Part shown: positions 8,935 through 15,855 of the stretch, piece after piece
Numbering within the stretch: position 1 is the stretch's first letter
How the letters are laid out: the number at the start of each line of letters is the position of its first letter
Origin: Candidatus Methylomirabilota bacterium
GTDB lineage: Bacteria > Methylomirabilota > Methylomirabilia > Rokubacteriales > CSP1-6
DNA length: 15,855 bases
Assembly: GCA_046726415.1 (NCBI GenBank)
Contig: JBKPAK010000068.1
Span: 1 to 15,855 of the forward strand
Direction: 5' to 3'
Made by a program: the position numbers and the translations under genes
The notes under the pieces: generated by a model
What the model was told of the DNA's origin: nothing
The model's input: only the letters and a program-made list of their open reading frames with translations
Database searches by the model: none

Positions 8935-9876
8935 TCAGGACCGCGTTGGACGCAGACTGTTCCAGCGCCGGCAGGTCGGACACCGATCGTGCCATCCCGA
9001 TGCCATAGTTCCGCAGCTCTCGCAGCGAAGCGGCCAGTCGAAGACATGCCCGAGTTGCAGCGCCCGCCGATACTCCGCACAGGCTTCCTGCCACTCGCCC
9101 CTGCGCTCGAAGACGGCGGCCAGGTAGGCATGCACCACAGGAAGGTCGGGAGCGCGCACTTCCACCCTCTCGAGCTGGTCGGCGGCCTCGTCGAGCATCT
9201 CGAGCTCGAGGTAGACCCGACCCAGCGCCACAGCGAAGGAGAGGTCGTCGGGGGCGCGCTCCAGGGCCCGGCGATACAGGGCAATCATGCGGCTCGGTCG
9301 TCCCTCCTGACGGTGAGCCCGCTCCAGGCGGGCGAGGAGGGGCAGACTCGGATGACTGTCCACCGCGCGTTCCCAGGTCCGGACCGCCTCCCGGGCATCG
9401 CCGGCAGACATCTGAGCATCTCCCAGGGCCACCGTCGCCGGCACGAAATCTCTGTTGACACGGAGGGCGCTCCTGAGGTGCTGGATGGCCGGCTCGGCTC
9501 GCCCGCGCTCGAGTTCGGCCCGGCCGACCTCGTAGTGAAGGCTCGCCAGCCGCTCGGCCTCGCCTGACCGGTCTCCTCGGGCTGCCCCGTTGAGCAGGAG
9601 CTGCTGGGCGCTGATCGCTTCCTCCGGGCGGCCTGCCGCCAGAGCAGCCTCCCGCAGAGCGCGAAGCGCGACCGGATCGCCGGGTCTCCGCCCCAGGACT
9701 CGTTGATAGAAATCGAGGGCGTCGCCGTGTCGGCCTTCCTGTCGCGCGGCCACGGCGATGCGGAGCCACTCGTCCGTTTGCCGAGGATCGACGTCGGTGT
9801 GCCGCCCCGGTCCGAACAGCCGGCGCAGATCCCGGCCGAGGGTGGCGATCCGACCGAGAAACGCCGGAGTTATCAC
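8935..9876 (-). CDS. TPR-repeat protein with C-terminal rubredoxin-like metal site (LapB/YciM-like), lacking an N-terminal TM helix
   Basis: Multiple TPR-like helix pairs and C-terminal CESCG...WHDRCPTCRRWNSL, matching the LapB pattern CxxCG..W.CPxCxxW. Start uncertain: GTG 9876 preferred, while the ORF-track TTG 9930 lies inside the repeat array. Confidence 0.8.
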   Translation of the reverse strand: MITPAFLGRIATLGRDLRRLFGPGRHTDVDPRQTDEWLRIAVAARQEGRHGDALDFYQRVLGRRPGDPVALRALREAALAAGRPEEAISAQQLLLNGAARGDRSGEAERLASLHYEVGRAELERGRAEPAIQHLRSALRVNRDFVPATVALGDAQMSAGDAREAVRTWERAVDSHPSLPLLARLERAHRQEGRPSRMIALYRRALERAPDDLSFAVALGRVYLELEMLDEAADQLERVEVRAPDLPVVHAYLAAVFERRGEWQEACAEYRRALQLGHVFDWPLRCESCGTMASGWHDRCPTCRRWNSLRPTRS

Positions 9877-10017
9877 GACCGAGGCCGATCGACAAACGCC
9901 AGAGCTACCACGACCGAGGCCGATCGACAAACGCCAGAGCTACCAAGACCGCAGCGATCGAGAAACGCCGGGACTCCCATGACGGAAGGCGATCGAGAAT
10001 TGCAGGGGCACCATGAC
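9845..10017 (-). repeat. Five degenerate 34-35 bp tandem units, each beginning GTC plus a start codon
   Basis: Units start at 10017, 9983, 9949, 9914 and 9879. Shared core GTC-(A/T/G)TG...GGCGTTT(C/G)TCG(A/G)TCG, with unit 1 the most diverged. Units 3 and 4 are 34/35 identical. Confidence 0.88.
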
Positions 10018-10053
10018 GCGGAGAGGGCAGCGAGGCACCACAGGCCGAAAGGC

Positions 10054-10419
10054 TCAGCGAGCAGCCATCCGCGCCTCCTCTTCGACCAGCCGCTGGCAGT
10101 CAATGCAGTGGCGGGCGAAGGGCAATGCCTCCAACCGCTTGTCGGAGATCGCTTCGCCACAGCGCTCGCACGACCCAAACGAGCCATCCTCGATGCGCTG
10201 GAGCGCGGAGATCACGTCGCGCAGCATCCGCCGATCGCCGCTGCCCAGCTCGAAGAAGAACTCGCGCGTGTACGCCGTGTTCGCCTGGTCGCCGAGATCC
10301 TTGATGGAGTCGTCCTCTTGATCTTTTCCGTAGAATGCACTCCGGCCGACCTCATCGACCAATTGACGTTGCTTCTCGAGCAGACGCTTTTTGAACGACG
10401 CGAGCCGCTCTTTTCTCAT
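10054..10419 (-). CDS. dksA: DksA/TraR-family C4 zinc-finger transcription factor
   Basis: 121 aa from ATG 10419 (AGGAGG upstream). Coiled coil with DLGDQA (DxxDxA) tip, ALQRIEDGSFGSCERCGEAISDKRLEALPFARHCIDCQ. The ORF-track extension to 10779 overlaps rsfS and is rejected. Confidence 0.88.
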   Translation of the reverse strand: MRKERLASFKKRLLEKQRQLVDEVGRSAFYGKDQEDDSIKDLGDQANTAYTREFFFELGSGDRRMLRDVISALQRIEDGSFGSCERCGEAISDKRLEALPFARHCIDCQRLVEEEARMAAR

Positions 10420-10462
10420 GAGGACCTTCCTCCTGCCCGCGGTGGCGTCAGCAAACTGGCTC

Positions 10463-10491
10463 ACGCTAGCACGCGTGCGGGGGGCGTGCAA
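10463..10491 (-). promoter_or_regulatory. Candidate internal promoter for the dksA-like gene
   Basis: Minus strand TTGCAC-17 nt-TAGCGT with TG extended -10 (TGcTAGCGT) in the 91 nt rsfS-dksA spacer. Confidence 0.55.
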
Positions 10492-10510
10492 CACGTCATC
10501 GCGCGTCTCG

Positions 10511-10864
10511 TCATCCTTCCACGGGCACGGACGGAGCATCGCCCCACAGGCGCTCGAGCGCGTAGTACACCCGCGTGTCATCGAGGAACACGTGGGCCAG
10601 CACGTCGCCGTAGTCGAGGAGAATCCACCCGCTCTCGGCGGTGCCCTCCGTGTGCAGGGGCCGGATCCCGCCGGTCTTGAGATCGCCCAGGATGCTGTCC
10701 GCAATGGTGCGCACGTGCGTGACGGATCGGCCGCTGCAGACCAGGTAGTAGTCCGTGACGCTGGAGAGCGCGTGGACATCCAGGATGACGAGGTCGACCG
10801 CCTTTTTGTCCAGGGCGGCCCGCGCCGCCCGCCGGGCCGCGTCCTCGGCCGGGCGCCCCGTCAC
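10511..10864 (-). CDS. rsfS: Ribosome silencing factor RsfS (Iojap)
   Basis: DKKAVDLVILDV, TDYYLVCSGRS and GWILLDYGDVLAHVF..RVYYALERLWGD. Follows nadD with a GTGA overlap. Confidence 0.96.
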   Translation of the reverse strand: MTGRPAEDAARRAARAALDKKAVDLVILDVHALSSVTDYYLVCSGRSVTHVRTIADSILGDLKTGGIRPLHTEGTAESGWILLDYGDVLAHVFLDDTRVYYALERLWGDAPSVPVEG

Positions 10865-11511
10865 CGCGGGAGATCCCGATACAGACCGTGGAGCTCGATG
10901 TAGGCGATGACTTCGCAGGGCAAACGGTAAGCGACGGAACGCCCCGTGCGCACGCGCTCGCGGATGTCGGACGCCGACACCGGCAGGGAGAGGGCGTGGA
11001 CCAGCAGCGGGGCGCCCGAGGGAACTGCGGCCGAGGCGACATCTACCAGGGGGTCAGCCCCGATCGATCGCAGGACCTTTTGGGCCGTCGCCCCTTCGGG
11101 ATCAAAAGCGCTCCCCTCGCGCGGGACGACCACCAGCCTCGCGAGGGCGGGCAGGCGTTCCGGCGCGTGCCAGTTGAGGAGATCGAGAAATGTCTCCGAG
11201 CCGATGACGAGGTACAACTCGTCGCCGGTACCGACCAGCTCTTGAAGCGTGTCGACGGTGTACGAGGGCCCCACCCGCCGCAGCTCGAGATCCGAGGCGG
11301 CAAAGCGGGGATGCGAAGCGATCGCCAGGCGGACCATAGCGTAGCGGTGCTCGGCGGGCGCCAGATTCCGGGCCGACTTGTGGGGCGGCGCCGCTGCCGG
11401 AACGAAGAGCATCTGGTCGAGATTCAGGATCTCGACGACCTGGTCAGCGACCAGGAGATGCCCGTAGTGGATCGGGTTGAACGACCCGCCGAAGATTCCC
11501 GTGCGGGCCAA
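10861..11511 (-). CDS. nadD: Nicotinate-nucleotide adenylyltransferase
   Basis: GIFGGSFNPIHYGHL, PPHK, GPSYTVDTL, VSASDIRER and YIELHGLY. Conserved proA-nadD-rsfS context. Confidence 0.96.
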   Translation of the reverse strand: MARTGIFGGSFNPIHYGHLLVADQVVEILNLDQMLFVPAAAPPHKSARNLAPAEHRYAMVRLAIASHPRFAASDLELRRVGPSYTVDTLQELVGTGDELYLVIGSETFLDLLNWHAPERLPALARLVVVPREGSAFDPEGATAQKVLRSIGADPLVDVASAAVPSGAPLLVHALSLPVSASDIRERVRTGRSVAYRLPCEVIAYIELHGLYRDLPR

Positions 11512-11515
11512 CGGG

Positions 11516-12795
11516 CTATTCCCGTACCTGCCCGTCGCCCTGCACGACGAATTTCGTCGTGGTCAGCTCCGTGACCCCCACGGGGCCCCGCGCGTGCACT
11601 CGCGAGGTGGAGATCCCCATCTCCGCCCCCATCCCGAACTGGTTGCCGTCCACCAACCGGGTCGACGCGTTCACCAACACCGCCGCCGCGTCGACCTGGT
11701 TCGTGAAGCGGCGCGCTTGCGCGCGATCGTTGGTGACGATGGCCTCCGCCAGCCCCGTACCATGTTGCCGGATATGGGCCAGGGCGGCGTCCGCATCGGG
11801 GACGACGCGGACGGCGAGGATCAGATCGAGATACTCCTCGTCCCAGTCGCCCATGGTGGCAGGACGGGCGCCCGGGAGGAGGCGCACGGTCTCCGAGCAG
11901 CCTCGGACCTCGACCCCCGCCTCGGCCAGGCGCGCCCCGACCGCGGGGACAAAGCGCTCGGCCACGTCGCGGTGAACCAAGAGCGTCTCCAAGGCGTTGC
12001 AGACGCTCGGACGCTGCACCTTGGCGTTCATGACGATGGCCGTGGCCATGTCGAGGTCGGCGCCCGAATCGACGTACACGTGGACGAGTCCCCTGTCGTG
12101 CTTCAGCACGGGAACGCTCGAATGCTGGACCACCCAGCGCACGAACTTCTCCCCTCCGCGGGGAATCACGAGGTCGACCAGCCCGTCCAGGGTGAGCAGC
12201 GCGCTCACCGCCTGCCGGTCCGGCGTGTCCAGGAACTGGATAGCTTCCGCGGGCGCACCCGCTTTGTCGAGCGCCTTGGCCAGGATCGCGACGATGAGGG
12301 CGTTGGACTCGATGGCTTCGCTTCCCCCGCGCAGGATCACGGCGTTCCCCGACTTGACGCAGAGACCCGCGGCATCCGCGGTGACGTTGGGACGAGACTC
12401 GTAGATGAAGCCGATCACCCCAAGGGGCACCCGCACCCGGGAGATTTCGAGGCCATTCGGCCGGCGCCACGCATCCACGACCGAACCCACCGGATCAGGC
12501 AGTGCGGCGATCTCACGCAGGCCCCGAGCCATGGTCTGGATTCGGGACTCCGTGAGCGTGAGGCGGTCCAGGAAGGCTCGCGAGGCGCCGTGGGTCCGCG
12601 CGCGGTCGAGATCGGAGCGATTGACCTCGATGAGCGGCTGGGTCTTCTCCTCGAGCCCCCGCGCCATCTCGAACAGGGCGTCGTTCTTGACCTTGGTGGG
12701 AGTCAGGGCCAGCACGGACGCGGCCGCGCGAGCCGCACGGGCCTTGGACTCCGCGAGCGTATGACTGTCCATAGCTTCTCTCGCCATTCCCCTCG

Positions 12796-12799
<4 letters not shown>
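11516..12799 (-). CDS. proA: Gamma-glutamyl phosphate reductase (glutamate-5-semialdehyde dehydrogenase)
   Basis: RVPLGVIGFIYESRPNVT, KSGNAVILRGGSEA, RPSVCNALETLLVH and NASTRLVDG..GISTSRVHARGPVG. Start is GTG 12799 (GTGA overlap) or ATG 12787/12772. Confidence 0.96.
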
Positions 12800-15035
<2,236 letters not shown>

Positions 15036-15293
15036 TCAGGAGGCGACGGCGGCGATGCTCACGTAGCGCGAATCACCTCGGCGCTCGAAACGCACGTAGC
15101 CGGCGATCCTGGCGTAGAGGGTGTCATCCGAGCCCAGTCCCACATTCACGCCCGGCTTGAACCGCGTACCCCGCTGGCGGACGAGGATGCTGCCACCGGT
15201 GACGAACTGGCCGGCGAAGCGCTTCACCCCGAGCATCTGTGGATTCGAATCGCGACCGTTTCGCGAACTGCCGACGCCCTTCTTGTGCGCCAT
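15036..15293 (-). CDS. rpmA: 50S ribosomal protein L27
   Basis: [37 protein letters not shown]. No N-terminal extension and no prp gene between rplU and rpmA. Confidence 0.98.
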   Translation of the reverse strand: MAHKKGVGSSRNGRDSNPQMLGVKRFAGQFVTGGSILVRQRGTRFKPGVNVGLGSDDTLYARIAGYVRFERRGDSRYVSIAAVAS

Positions 15294-15298
15294 GGCAA

Positions 15299-15610
15299 TC
15301 AGACCTCGATCCCGGTGATGCGAACTGTGGTCACCGGCTGTCGGTGCCCGCGGTGCCGCCGGTAATTCTTGCGCCGCTTGAACTTCACGACAGTGACCTT
15401 GCGCCTGCGGCCCTGCCCCACGACCTCAGCCAGAACCTTGGCGCCCTGCAGGGATGGGGCGCTCGTGAGCATCTCGCCCTCGCGGTTCACCAAGAGCACG
15501 GCGGTGAACTCCACGGCCGCTCCTCGGTCGCCGGGGACCTTCTCCACAGTGATGACCTGTCCCGGGCTGACCCGGTACTGTTTTCCGCCGGTGGCAATGA
15601 CCGCTTCCAT
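15299..15610 (-). CDS. rplU: 50S ribosomal protein L21
   Basis: [14 protein letters not shown]...[19 protein letters not shown], 103 aa from ATG 15610 (alternative ATG 15619). Confidence 0.97.
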   Translation of the reverse strand: MEAVIATGGKQYRVSPGQVITVEKVPGDRGAAVEFTAVLLVNREGEMLTSAPSLQGAKVLAEVVGQGRRRKVTVVKFKRRKNYRRHRGHRQPVTTVRITGIEV

Positions 15611-15648
15611 GTCAACCATCCCAAAATGGTGAATGATGCAGATCGGTT

Positions 15649-15677
15649 ATGAGACCACACGGGATACGGCCCGTCAA
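15649..15677 (-). promoter_or_regulatory. Weak candidate promoter for the rplU-rpmA-obgE operon
   Basis: Minus strand TTGACG-17 nt-TCTCAT with upstream TG. Good -35 but poor -10. Confidence 0.35.
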
Positions 15678-15681
15678 TAAG

Positions 15682-15706
15682 TTGGAGGGGGCAGGGCCCC
15701 CTCCAA
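15682..15706. repeat. 11 bp perfect palindrome (REP-like hairpin)
   Basis: TTGGAGGGGGC-AGG-GCCCCCTCCAA. The right arm overlaps the first unit of the 39 bp array. Confidence 0.8.
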
Positions 15707-15855
15707 ACCTCCCCATTCGCGCGAGGTGCCTCCCGGGCCCTCCAAACCTCCCCATTCGCGCGAGGTGCCTCCCGGGCCCTCCAAACCTCCCCATTCGCGC
15801 GAGGTGCCTCCCGGGCCCTCCAAACCTCCCCATTCGCGCGAGGTGCCTCCCGGGC
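15699..15855. repeat. Perfect 39 bp tandem repeat, 4 copies, running off the window end
   Basis: Unit CCCTCCAAACCTCCCCATTCGCGCGAGGTGCCTCCCGGG at 15699, 15738, 15777 and 15816. No spacers and no mismatches. Confidence 0.95.

Noticed and set aside
9845..10017. Degenerate CRISPR or mini-array
   Set aside because: The period is only 34-35 bp with similarity along the whole unit and no repeat/spacer alternation.
10461..10514. 17-codon ORF MTRRAMTCCTPPARVLA overlapping the rsfS stop (ATGA)
   Set aside because: It ends 41 nt before dksA, which has its own strong SD and candidate promoter. Probably chance.
15699..15855. CRISPR array
   Set aside because: Units abut with no unique spacers and no cas genes are present. 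It is a simple tandem repeat.

Overview
GC-rich (roughly 70% by eye, not computed) bacterial core-genome segment. All credible genes are on the minus strand. In transcription order: rplU, rpmA, obgE, proB, proA, nadD, rsfS, a DksA/TraR C4-zinc-finger gene, a LapB-like TPR/rubredoxin gene, a ComF-family gene, gap, pgk, tpiA, secG, three peptide/nickel-family ABC transporter genes (binding lipoprotein and two permeases, no ATPase), tRNA-Leu(GAG) and lipA (cut by the window edge). Composition and a GGAGGGGG..CCCCCTCC palindrome suggest Ca. Rokubacteria/Methylomirabilota to me, but this is unverified recollection. I see no mobile element, CRISPR array, defence system or novel protein family. The unusual signal is non-coding and sits at gene starts: (i) five degenerate 34-35 bp units, each opening with a start codon, where the membrane-anchor N-terminus of the LapB-like gene would be; (ii) a 33 bp duplication of the tpiA/secG junction that creates a 10-codon stop-start relay ORF; (iii) a 37-codon ORF bridging pgk and tpiA; (iv) an AT-rich palindrome over the permease start codon; (v) a perfect 39 bp tandem array with a terminal hairpin upstream of rplU, running off the window end.
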